Below are positions 1-7,302 of a stretch of 29,315 nt of DNA, in pieces; position 1 is the stretch's first letter, and each line of letters begins with the position of its first letter. The DNA lies in IMG/VR virus record IMGVR_UViG_3300043039_000142, positions 1 through 29,315 of that record, one strand, 5' to 3'. The notes under the pieces were generated by a model. That model saw nothing but the letters and a program-made list of their open reading frames with translations, ran no database searches and had not been told where the DNA came from. This stretch comes from a virus. Lineage: Duplodnaviria > Caudoviricetes. The translations under genes were made by a program, and so were the position numbers.

Positions 1-49
1 ATTGTTTACCTCGTATATCTCGAAGTATTTCTATAAAATCTCTAGCCAT
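1..49 (-). CDS. Partial CDS, N-terminus only (MARDFIEILRDIRGKQ...), runs off window
   Basis: ATG at 49-47 preceded by an AAGGA RBS; frame open to the window edge. Confidence 0.6.
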   Translation of the reverse strand, partial: MARDFIEILRDIRGKQ

Positions 50-65
50 TTTATTCCTTTTTTAT

Positions 66-443
66 TTAGTCGCATACAGCATACTCTGGATGCTCAACTT
101 CCATAAGCTCATCGATAGTCCATTTATCTAATGCTTTGTAAACCTGCAGCATATCCTTTGGTAGAGATATGTTACTTTCAGTTTTATATTTTGTATAATT
201 AATATATCCAAAATATAAATCTTTTTCTTCATCAGTCATATCTGCAATGCAGTTTAAAGATAGTGCTTTTTCGTATGCTTCTAAGAAGTGACTACTAAAT
301 ATAACTATTTCACCATCAACTCTTCTGTCTATTCCGTAAGGAGGCTTAGAACCAATAAGATCTTTTACAAAAGAAATTCCATCAGTAAGAGTTATGTCAC
401 CATACATAATAGTATCATTGAATGAATTAAATGCCCCACCCAT
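66..443 (-). CDS. Hypothetical phage protein (125 aa)
   Basis: ORF track; tightly packed with the upstream gene in the minus-strand block. Confidence 0.75.
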   Translation of the reverse strand: MGGAFNSFNDTIMYGDITLTDGISFVKDLIGSKPPYGIDRRVDGEIVIFSSHFLEAYEKALSLNCIADMTDEEKDLYFGYINYTKYKTESNISLPKDMLQVYKALDKWTIDELMEVEHPEYAVCD

Positions 444-444
444 A

Positions 445-870
445 TTAAGACTCCATATCTAAATCTAATGTTCCATCAGATTGTTTTCTTATCGAAGACA
501 AGATTGATTCAATCTTACCATTATAATGCATAATTAATTTTGTAGCTGCTTCATCATGTGCTTTTTTCTTATCTCTACTTAAAGATCCTGCTACAAATTC
601 TGCTAATGGATAACATAGTTCATTGTCTATATCAAGTGCGTCAGAGTCATGAACTGGAAGCTTTGGATTTCTCATTAGGTAATCTCCAGTAGCTTTCCTC
701 AAAATATCTTTGTTTCTATTTAGGGTAAGAAGGTGCAGAGCCTCAGCTTCGTTAGCAACCATATTAAACCCATATGACAACATTGACAACATAACATTCT
801 CGTCTGATGGCAATGCGTTATCGCCAGTTAAAAGACCTTTTACAAGATATTTAAAACTTCCATATGTCAT
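445..870 (-). CDS. Hypothetical protein, possibly head-tail adaptor-like virion protein (141 aa)
   Basis: AGGA RBS; lies downstream of the terminase, where N4-like phages carry gp67. Function is positional inference only. Confidence 0.55.
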   Translation of the reverse strand: MTYGSFKYLVKGLLTGDNALPSDENVMLSMLSYGFNMVANEAEALHLLTLNRNKDILRKATGDYLMRNPKLPVHDSDALDIDNELCYPLAEFVAGSLSRDKKKAHDEAATKLIMHYNGKIESILSSIRKQSDGTLDLDMES

Positions 871-961
871 ATTAGATTCCTTTTATTATATTATTTTTAT
901 ATTTTTTATTAATTTGTATCTAAACACAATTATACTTCACATTTGCTTAATTTAGTATTAG

Positions 962-1432
962 TTACTCTATTCTTCTACCATTCGGTAAAACAATTCTATT
1001 AATACCTTTACCTTTTTCGTTCTGACAATACTCCATTAACTGTTTTTTGTATTCAGGATTTCTATCAAATTGAGACTGACTAGGAGCATAAGACCAATTA
1101 CCTTCATTACCACTCCATTGTCCACCTTCTGCAGATTTTAATCCCTGTATTACATAAGGACTCTCATCGCTAAATGTAGGATGTCCTGGTAGTTTTCCAC
1201 CAGCAAGGTAGCCTAAACCCAACCCTTGAGGATTATCTAAGGCATGCTTACCAGTTCTTATTCTTTCAGCTTCATTTAACGCTTGTTCATCAGTAAGAAT
1301 ATAATCCCCTTTTAAAGCAGAGTTTGTTTGTAACCTGGAGGGTACAAGACCTTGACTTCCTGCAGAGTTATTTAACAAATTAACAGCATCTGTTAATGTA
1401 AACATATGAGGACCATTATTAGCTATTTTCAT
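962..1432 (-). CDS. Hypothetical protein (156 aa)
   Basis: ORF track; motif KLPGHPTFSDES...GGQW; TGTATAAT promoter-like element upstream (about 1504-1511, minus strand). Confidence 0.75.
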   Translation of the reverse strand: MKIANNGPHMFTLTDAVNLLNNSAGSQGLVPSRLQTNSALKGDYILTDEQALNEAERIRTGKHALDNPQGLGLGYLAGGKLPGHPTFSDESPYVIQGLKSAEGGQWSGNEGNWSYAPSQSQFDRNPEYKKQLMEYCQNEKGKGINRIVLPNGRRIE

Positions 1433-1584
1433 AGTATCAACTCATTTTTTTTTTTTTTGATAATTTTTGTTTCATTTGTATCCTAACTATTCATTTTGTA
1501 AGCATTATACATTTGTATTGCTTAATTATTTATTTATTAATAAGCTATTTTATCAAATATATACTTTATATAAGCTTTTATATT

Positions 1585-3312
1585 TTAAGCATAACTGCTA
1601 TACGCATTATCGCTATATACATCACCAGACTCTACTCTTGACCATATTCCACCCTTGTTTTTAGACATATTATGATTGGTAGAATAAGTGTCTAGATAGT
1701 CAGCAAGCCCTGGAACAGGATATCTTATGTCAATCATACCAAGCTGAGACACTGTATCGATAAAGTCATCTTCGGCTCCAAATCCAGCATACGTAACATA
1801 TTTCAATTGATTAAGCGCCTCTCTCATATCTTGAGTATTTCTTAATTCATTAGGAAAAAATATTTTTTTATTCTGGAACATTGGAAGCATCATTCTGAAT
1901 CTCCAGTGTTTGTTTCCACCTTCAAGTCTAGACATGATTCCTTCAGCTCCCTGCTTAGCACCTTTCTGTCTAGCAATGGTAAACCATTCACTTCTCTTGA
2001 GCATCATTTCTTTTAATGCGAATATATGAGCTTTTTGCTGACCATCTACTTCTATCCCGACATCAACACTTCTTCCTCTTGATGTAGCCCAATATTTAAC
2101 CATTCTAAATAGTTCATCATATTGCTCCTGAATGCCTTGTCTTTTTACACATAAATCAAGAAGATAATAATCTTGGTTTGGACCAACAGCCCAAGTTGTT
2201 ATTGCACTAAAATCACTTTTTGCCTCACTTGTAGTAGTAAAGTCAGTGGTTATGTATATATTATATGCACCAAGTCTTGATTCTATATCTGATCTAGAAT
2301 ACCATTCAATCATTGAATCTTGGATCATTCTATCTTCTTCTGAACTAATTCTAAGCATAAGCTCTTGGTTGAATGCTCTAGTCGAATTTGATCCAGCTGC
2401 ATCTTCGTATCTTTCCATTACTCTCTCATAGGAATGCATTTGTTCCCATGCTCCAACAAAGTCTTCTCTCTTTAAGTCTGGTCCGATTCGTTCACATATT
2501 GGCAAACAAACTGGAGTCCAAGAGCCAGATTCAAGAGCTGAGTAAACGGGATCCTCTTTGTTAAATGGAGTATTAACAAGTATAACTTTACCTCGTCTAC
2601 CATCAAGTGCATTAATTGCATCAGAATATAGCATTGACCTAACATTGTTCATTATTGTTTCAGAGTTAGCATCAGCTTCTGTCTTAATAATATCGTCACC
2701 AAATATAAGTTGAGGTCTTTGACCTTTATATCTAATACCCCTGATAGATGAGTTTCCACCTTTGGTTTTAAACATAAACGATCTATCTAAAGCCTTTCCT
2801 TTTCCTTGTCGAAGGAACTCACATTCTTGGTCTGTAAATCTCATGTCTTCAAAGAATTCATTACAAAATATACTTTCCTCACACATATCTCTAATGGTGT
2901 TTGCCATAACTTTAGCACCACCTTCCTGAGAATCACCTATGCCAACAGAAAATGAAACACTACCAAAGTTTGGCATTGTTCCTTTTATTGCTAAATATAC
3001 TGGCATGAATGCAGTTATAATTGTTGATTTAGCTGTACCCCTTGAAGCAATGATAGCTATCTTACGTGAGTTGATTCTAATCTTTTCCTGTATATGAGGA
3101 GCATATGGATAATTCTCTCTCTTTACATTTCCAAAAACTAAATCAACAAGAAAATAATGCATTAAAGCATTACCAACTTCTGGCTCTTTTCCAAGAACCA
3201 ATCTTATGACATTAAAAAAATCTAGAGCATCTTCTGATGGAGAATATCCACCAAAGGTCAAATCTATATTATCCAATGCTTCATCTACATTAAAAGAATA
3301 ATCACTAGCCAT
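1585..3312 (-). CDS. terL: Terminase large subunit, N4 gp68-like
   Basis: Walker A-like ASRGTAKST, Walker B IRGIR...LIFGDD, motif III NTPF, nuclease motifs ITTDF, SDFSA, GIEVDG and EDDFIDTVS; FNQELMLRI block recalled from N4-type terminases. Confidence 0.93.
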   Translation of the reverse strand: MASDYSFNVDEALDNIDLTFGGYSPSEDALDFFNVIRLVLGKEPEVGNALMHYFLVDLVFGNVKRENYPYAPHIQEKIRINSRKIAIIASRGTAKSTIITAFMPVYLAIKGTMPNFGSVSFSVGIGDSQEGGAKVMANTIRDMCEESIFCNEFFEDMRFTDQECEFLRQGKGKALDRSFMFKTKGGNSSIRGIRYKGQRPQLIFGDDIIKTEADANSETIMNNVRSMLYSDAINALDGRRGKVILVNTPFNKEDPVYSALESGSWTPVCLPICERIGPDLKREDFVGAWEQMHSYERVMERYEDAAGSNSTRAFNQELMLRISSEEDRMIQDSMIEWYSRSDIESRLGAYNIYITTDFTTTSEAKSDFSAITTWAVGPNQDYYLLDLCVKRQGIQEQYDELFRMVKYWATSRGRSVDVGIEVDGQQKAHIFALKEMMLKRSEWFTIARQKGAKQGAEGIMSRLEGGNKHWRFRMMLPMFQNKKIFFPNELRNTQDMREALNQLKYVTYAGFGAEDDFIDTVSQLGMIDIRYPVPGLADYLDTYSTNHNMSKNKGGIWSRVESGDVYSDNAYSSYA

Positions 3313-4097
3313 TATGAGTTCTCCTCTACTAATTGTGCATCAAGAATTTCGTCCATATTTATATTTAACTTCTGAACATCAAGAATATTCTTTCCAGATT
3401 CCAAATCAAGCTTTTGTTGTCTAGCAATCAACGCAAGCTGATTAGTCATTTCTGCGTATACACTCTTAGATTCTTTATCCATACCAACTTTAAGATTTAT
3501 TGTACTATCTTCTGGCATTTGAGTAATCTCTCTAAGTTCTTTTGCAGCTAGATGTTGAACATGTGCAGAAACCTTTTGATCTGTTCCAGATGCAATTCCA
3601 TTCATCAAATCAAACTGTTTTTTTACAGCAGCATGAAAGTATGGCTGATATGTAACATACGCTGGAACCATCATCTTTTTGTCTATCTCCACAACCATGT
3701 CGCTATTGTTATATCCAGAAACATGAGAGGCAATAAATCTATTCTCGTTCACTAGCTTGTCATATCTATCTGGGAAAACAATTGCCCATGCCTGTTCATT
3801 GGTAACACCTGGACTATTTTTTAAACAACAATATTTTACTGCATTAACAAGCTGCTCAATCGTGGCTCCTTGTTTTCCAAGTATATGCATTGAACCCATT
3901 AATTTTTCTTCAAAATAATTCTGGTCAATATCAGTATTTAAACTTACATTGTTTATTTCATTAGCAATTTCTTCTGTTGCTCTAGCACCACATCCCTTTG
4001 GAAGGAATTTCTTAATCTTTTCAACTGTAATATTCTGACTATGATTCACTACTGGAAGCAGCGGATCAGTGGTTTGTTTATTTTCAGATTCATTCAT
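3312..4097 (-). CDS. N4 gp69-like protein (putative terminase small subunit)
   Basis: Stop overlaps the terL start; motifs NAVKY, A...FPDRY and VSGYN...VP resemble gp69 as I recall it. Confidence 0.7.
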   Translation of the reverse strand: MNESENKQTTDPLLPVVNHSQNITVEKIKKFLPKGCGARATEEIANEINNVSLNTDIDQNYFEEKLMGSMHILGKQGATIEQLVNAVKYCCLKNSPGVTNEQAWAIVFPDRYDKLVNENRFIASHVSGYNNSDMVVEIDKKMMVPAYVTYQPYFHAAVKKQFDLMNGIASGTDQKVSAHVQHLAAKELREITQMPEDSTINLKVGMDKESKSVYAEMTNQLALIARQQKLDLESGKNILDVQKLNINMDEILDAQLVEENS

Positions 4098-4274
4098 TTA
4101 AAACTCCATCTTGTTTTGTTCAAGCAAAACTCTGTTTACATTTTTATATTCTCTAGCCATTGTTCTTACAGCGGAACTAATATTCTCAGAACCAGTATGT
4201 TTAGTACCGTATATCTTTAAAATATCAATTGTCTCTTGGTCTAAAAGCAATGTTTTTTTAATACCTTTACCCAT
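4098..4274 (-). CDS. Small RHH-like DNA-binding protein (58 aa; not in ORF track)
   Basis: Hand translation MGKGIKKTLLLDQETIDILKIYGTKHTGSENISSAVRTMAREYKNVNRVLLEQNKMEF; AAGGA RBS; beta-strand plus two-helix pattern; stop abuts the gp69-like start. Confidence 0.7.
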   Translation of the reverse strand: MGKGIKKTLLLDQETIDILKIYGTKHTGSENISSAVRTMAREYKNVNRVLLEQNKMEF

Positions 4275-4328
4275 GTTTTTCCTTTATTTTTTCGTTAAAT
4301 ATCATACAAATATTAGTGCATGATACTT

Positions 4329-4400
4329 TTATTATACTAACATTATACATTTAAATGTCTTAAGGAATTCTTAAGAATTATTAGGAATTATTAGGAATTA
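4329..4400 (-). promoter_or_regulatory. Sigma70-like promoter for the RHH-terminase operon, with 10-bp tandem repeats upstream
   Basis: Minus strand reads TTAAG...TTAAG...TGTATAATGTTAGTATAAT; near-perfect TTAGGAATTA repeats at 4371-4400 on the plus strand. Confidence 0.55.
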
Positions 4401-4452
4401 GAAATTAACAATTATAAGATTATTTTTAATTATTTTATTAAGTAGTTTATTA

Positions 4453-4538
4453 TGGAGGAAGACAAGGTGCACGATACCTAATGCTTTCGCATCGCTTCAC
4501 TTAGCAGGCGAGCCTAGAACCTATCTAGTTTATCTTCC
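4453..4538 (-). tRNA. tRNA-Ser(GCT)
   Basis: Acceptor GGAAGAT/GTCTTCC, anticodon loop CTGCTAA, long variable arm, encoded CCA; atypical T-loop ATCGTGC and U73. Confidence 0.85.
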
Positions 4539-4541
4539 ATT

Positions 4542-4615
4542 TGGCATGCGATCAAAGAATCGAACTTTGTCTACGAGGGTTTGGAATCCTGCACGTCGCC
4601 ATGACTGTATCACAT
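4542..4615 (-). tRNA. tRNA-Trp(CCA)
   Basis: Acceptor ATGTGAT/ATCGCAT (A1-U72, G73 as in bacterial Trp), anticodon loop TTCCAAA, T-arm CAAAG-TTCGATT-CTTTG, encoded CCA; anticodon stem imperfect. Confidence 0.85.
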
Positions 4616-4738
4616 ATTTTTGTGTTTAATTTTTCTAGTATATTTCTTTCTAGACTCTATACTTTTAGTCTGTAAATTTATTTCTCTTTGATAATTTTTT
4701 ATTATATTGATATCTCTACTTTGCTTTGCCTTCTCCAT
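4610..4738 (-). CDS. Small basic protein, ArfA/BrfA-like ribosome rescue factor candidate (42 aa; not in ORF track)
   Basis: AAGGAG RBS 5 nt before ATG; MEKAKQSRDINIIKNYQREINLQTKSIESRKKYTRKIKHKNM; C-terminal Y-x-R-K-x-K-H motif; TGA lies at tRNA-Trp positions 4-6. Confidence 0.6.
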   Translation of the reverse strand: MEKAKQSRDINIIKNYQREINLQTKSIESRKKYTRKIKHKNM

Positions 4739-4835
4739 AGCATCTCCTTGCAGCACTCATAGAATCATTTGTAGCACAGCTACACCAGCGAACAGCATTC
4801 TTTCTAGCAAATCTTTTATTATCTTTCTTTGTCAT
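4716..4835 (-). CDS. Small basic Cys-containing peptide (39 aa; not in ORF track)
   Basis: AAGGA RBS; MTKKDNKRFARKNAVRWCSCATNDSMSAARRCYGEGKAK; overlaps the start of the ArfA-like ORF. Confidence 0.5.
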   Translation of the reverse strand: MTKKDNKRFARKNAVRWCSCATNDSMSAARRCYGEGKAK

Positions 4836-4850
4836 TTTATTAATCCTTTT

Positions 4851-5330
4851 TTATAATTTAGCAATAAACTTAAGAACATCATCTAAATCAAAAGTATTTC
4901 TTAGATAATTTGCTCCAAGAGTTGTAAACTGTACGTTTCCTTCTATATATCCTCTATTGTTATCTATTCTATCAACAGAAGCTTGATCAAGTTCTTTAGA
5001 AGTTCGTTGTTTTGCATGATGCATCTCTATGTTTGTTATTGCACACAAGCCTTTTTGTTTGTTCCATATAGTTTCTAAATATTCAGCACTAATTATAGGT
5101 TGTGTTTCATTGAAAGAAAACTTACGCTTTCTAATGTTTATCAAATAGTGGTTGAATGGATTAGACTTTTCTATAGCTTTTTTAACTACATATTCTTTTC
5201 CACAATCTCTACTACAGCAATGAACGCCATTTCTATCTATTGTTTTCTTTATAAGCCTATTTTCTTTACTAAAAAATACACCACAAATTTTGCATTCTAC
5301 TGTTGAGCTTGGTCTATTATATTTACTCAT
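4851..5330 (-). CDS. His-Me finger/HNH-like endonuclease with N-terminal Cys cluster (putative free-standing homing endonuclease)
   Basis: CKICG...CCSRDC; Q.GLCAIT...ASVDRIDNNRGYIEGNVQ motif; located inside the tRNA array. Confidence 0.75.
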   Translation of the reverse strand: MSKYNRPSSTVECKICGVFFSKENRLIKKTIDRNGVHCCSRDCGKEYVVKKAIEKSNPFNHYLINIRKRKFSFNETQPIISAEYLETIWNKQKGLCAITNIEMHHAKQRTSKELDQASVDRIDNNRGYIEGNVQFTTLGANYLRNTFDLDDVLKFIAKL

Positions 5331-5397
5331 ATTTGTCCTTGGATAATTGTTTTATACTTGAAGTATAACACAGTTCTCCTTAACATTAACTTTACAA

Positions 5398-5472
5398 TGG
5401 AAGAGGATGTTGGATTCGAACCAACGGCTCCCTCATTAACAGTGAGGTCCCTTACCACTTGGGTACATAGCT
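5398..5472 (-). tRNA. tRNA-Asn(GTT)-like, chimeric or pseudo (acceptor stem does not pair)
   Basis: Perfect anticodon arm CCTCA-CTGTTAA-TGAGG and T-arm GTTGG-TTCGAAT-CCAAC with CCA, but 5' AGCTATG versus 3' ATCCTCT gives only 2 of 7 pairs. Confidence 0.7.
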
Positions 5473-5475
5473 ATT

Positions 5476-5547
5476 TGGTGGAGAATAACGGTAACGATCC
5501 GTTTCTTCCTGATTGCAAGTCAAGAGTCCAGCCCATCTGGATTCCAC
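5476..5547 (-). tRNA. tRNA-Ala(TGC), non-canonical
   Basis: Anticodon loop CTTGCAA, G3:U70, A73 and CCA present; T-loop ATCGTTA, U2/C71 mismatch and shortened acceptor-to-D-arm linker. Confidence 0.7.
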
Positions 5548-5557
5548 AATTTTTTTT

Positions 5558-5631
5558 TGGAGCGAGATAATGGAGTCGAACCCTTCTAGTCGATTTGGAG
5601 GACCGATACATAACCGCTCTGACAATCTCGC
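5558..5631 (-). tRNA. tRNA-Gly(TCC)
   Basis: Acceptor GCGAGAT/ATCTCGC, U73, anticodon loop CCTCCAA, T-loop TTCGACT, CCA. Confidence 0.9.
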
Positions 5632-5642
5632 ATTATTACTTA

Positions 5643-5718
5643 TGGTGTGCCTGACAGGACTTGAACCTGCAACGACATGGTTAAAAGCCATGGGTGTTAC
5701 CATTACACTTACAGACAC
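5643..5718 (-). tRNA. tRNA-Lys(TTT)
   Basis: Acceptor GTGTCTG/CAGGCAC, anticodon arm CATGG-CTTTTAA-CCATG, T-loop TTCAAGT, CCA. Confidence 0.92.
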
Positions 5719-5831
5719 ACATCAACAATTCGTATTGTTTAAAGACACACCATAAGTTTATTGTTATCTACTTATGATATGTCTATGATTTTTCCAATCT
5801 TCATAGTTAATCCTATTGTTTAATTTATTTT

Positions 5832-5908
5832 TGGTACGTAATCCAGGAATCGAACCTAGCAGTCCTTCCTTGTAAGGGAAGTTCCTAACCAATCGGCGTC
5901 TATCACGT
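5832..5908 (-). tRNA. tRNA-Val(TAC)
   Basis: Acceptor ACGTGAT/ATTACGT, anticodon arm CTTCC-CTTACAA-GGAAG, T-loop TTCGATT, A73, CCA. Confidence 0.9.
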
Positions 5909-5912
5909 ACAC

Positions 5913-5987
5913 TAGAGTCCACAGTAAGAATTTAACTTACGTATTCCTATTTTGCAGATAGGTGCAATAACGCTCTGCCATATGGAC
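5913..5987 (-). tRNA. tRNA-Cys(GCA)
   Basis: Acceptor GTCCATA/TGTGGAC, U73, anticodon arm CCTAT-CTGCAAA-ATAGG; 3' end reads CTA instead of CCA; T-loop TTAAATT. Confidence 0.85.
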
Positions 5988-6034
5988 ATTTGGTTTAAAG
6001 TATATTTGAGAAAGTTTGCTTTGGATAGGGTTAG

Positions 6035-6076
6035 AAAACAAAGGCTCTCTCAGAATAACTTCTGAAAAAGAACCTT
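6035..6076 (-). terminator. Intrinsic terminator-like hairpin of the putative attenuator
   Basis: AAGGTTCTTTTTCAGAA-GTTA-TTCTGAGAGAGCCTT (15 pairs including G:U, 2-nt bulge) followed by TGTTTT, about 50 nt upstream of the first tRNA. Confidence 0.7.
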
Positions 6077-6097
6077 GATTCTCTTTAAGAAGTTATT
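6054..6097 (-). promoter_or_regulatory. Antiterminator hairpin overlapping the leader stop codons and the terminator 5' arm
   Basis: AATAACTTCT (6097-6088) pairs perfectly with AGAAGTTATT (6063-6054); the stem extends through AAAGAGAATC/GGTTCTTTTT after one mismatch. Confidence 0.7.
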
Positions 6098-6182
6098 AGC
6101 GAATGCCGTCGGCAGCAACAGGTCTCTGATTCTCAGAAATAAAATTTATCGTCATGTTAAAATGCTTGAATAAATGTTTCAT
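6096..6182 (-). CDS. Leader peptide (28 aa) of the putative tRNA-operon attenuator (not in ORF track)
   Basis: GAAAGG RBS; MKHLFKHFNMTINFISENQRPVAADGIR then TAA TAA; promoter-like TTAAG...CTAAG...TATACT/TAATAAT at about 6224-6256. Confidence 0.65.
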   Translation of the reverse strand: MKHLFKHFNMTINFISENQRPVAADGIR

Positions 6183-6262
6183 GTTTACTACCTTTCTTAT
6201 TAGTTTGTTTAAGTTTATATAGAATTATTACATAGTATATCTTAGATACACCTTAATTATAC

Positions 6263-6571
6263 TTACTCTATACCATTTTTTTCTAAATTTTTACTATCAT
6301 CTATCTTGCTAAGTGAATCAAGGAGCTCTTCCATCCTTAGAGCCATGGATGTACTTGCACAATTTAAAACAACATCTGCATCAGATCTGGTGTCTCTTAT
6401 TTTCCCATCTGTAATTGCTCCATAAACCTGTGAACTATTCTTCATTAACATATAATAGTCTAGCATTTCTTGTCTTAGCCAATCAACACTAACTATCAAC
6501 TCACCATCTTTGCACATGTCAGACCAATATACTTTTTCAAATTGGTCAATATCTTTATCTGTAACTGTCAT
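6263..6571 (-). CDS. Hypothetical protein (102 aa)
   Basis: ORF track; TAATG coupling to the upstream ParB-like gene. Confidence 0.75.
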   Translation of the reverse strand: MTVTDKDIDQFEKVYWSDMCKDGELIVSVDWLRQEMLDYYMLMKNSSQVYGAITDGKIRDTRSDADVVLNCASTSMALRMEELLDSLSKIDDSKNLEKNGIE

Positions 6572-7302
6572 TATTTTTCTCTCTCTTTCATTCTTGAATA
6601 TAAAACTTTAATTGCTTCATCTAATATATTACAATCTTCGAAAGCTGTCTCAAACTTTGATACTTCTACATTAATTAAATGTCTATCATCTGATGTTAAA
6701 CTATCTCTTTCATCGTGGCTCTGTCTAGATGTTCTGTTGTCATAAGATTCGCTCTCTACTTTTTTAAAGTATGAAAGTATAGTCTTTAGCTTATCGGTAT
6801 ATCTTGGATTACTTATAGTTCCAACATTATACATGTCTCCATTCCACAATGAGTCAATCAAATCTGGTCTAATTCTGTTTAATGAATTTACATCACCTAT
6901 AGCATTCTTTCCTATTCCATATTCAGTTGCAAACTCTCCTTGACTTCTTTTAGTGTCTTCTGACATCATTGATATTTGATAATCTTTCCAAGCACTAATT
7001 GATCTTTGTAAAACAGTCTGGTGCCTTCTTATCTCAGAGCTTTTAACTATTCTATATATATCATCATCAGTAAGGCTATCATTTATTTCTGCAAGAATAT
7101 ATTCCTCTTGTAACTCGTCAAGTGCTTTCATTCTGTGCCTTCCATCATAAACCATACCATTTGAAACACGGATAGGATCAAGTTGACCATTTCTTTCTAG
7201 ATTAGATTTTAGTCCAAGGAACTGACTGTCACTTTGAAACGGATTAAGGAAAGCATGTTTATGTAATTCTAAATCTGATATTTTAAGCTTAGCAATTTTC
7301 AT
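6571..7302 (-). CDS. ParB/Srx N-terminal domain protein with possible HTH
   Basis: LKSNLERNGQLDPIRV...MVYDGRHRMKAL (ParB DGxxR motif); SQGEFATEYGIGKNAIGDV is HTH-like. Confidence 0.8.
   Translation of the reverse strand: MKIAKLKISDLELHKHAFLNPFQSDSQFLGLKSNLERNGQLDPIRVSNGMVYDGRHRMKALDELQEEYILAEINDSLTDDDIYRIVKSSEIRRHQTVLQRSISAWKDYQISMMSEDTKRSQGEFATEYGIGKNAIGDVNSLNRIRPDLIDSLWNGDMYNVGTISNPRYTDKLKTILSYFKKVESESYDNRTSRQSHDERDSLTSDDRHLINVEVSKFETAFEDCNILDEAIKVLYSRMKEREK

Noticed and set aside
4665-4835. TAG readthrough or stop-codon recoding in the 39-aa ORF
   Set aside because: The frame stays open for 16 codons after TAG, but the overlapping ArfA-like frame has its own strong RBS, other genes end at TAG, and there is no suppressor tRNA in the window.
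5358-5755. Tracked ORFs 5358-5570, 5452-5718 and 5513-5755
   Set aside because: They overlap clear tRNA genes and are spurious translations.
6096-6110. SecM-like arrest motif in the leader peptide (…DGIR)
   Set aside because: It matches only GIR of GIRAGP and lacks the essential AGP; too weak to call.
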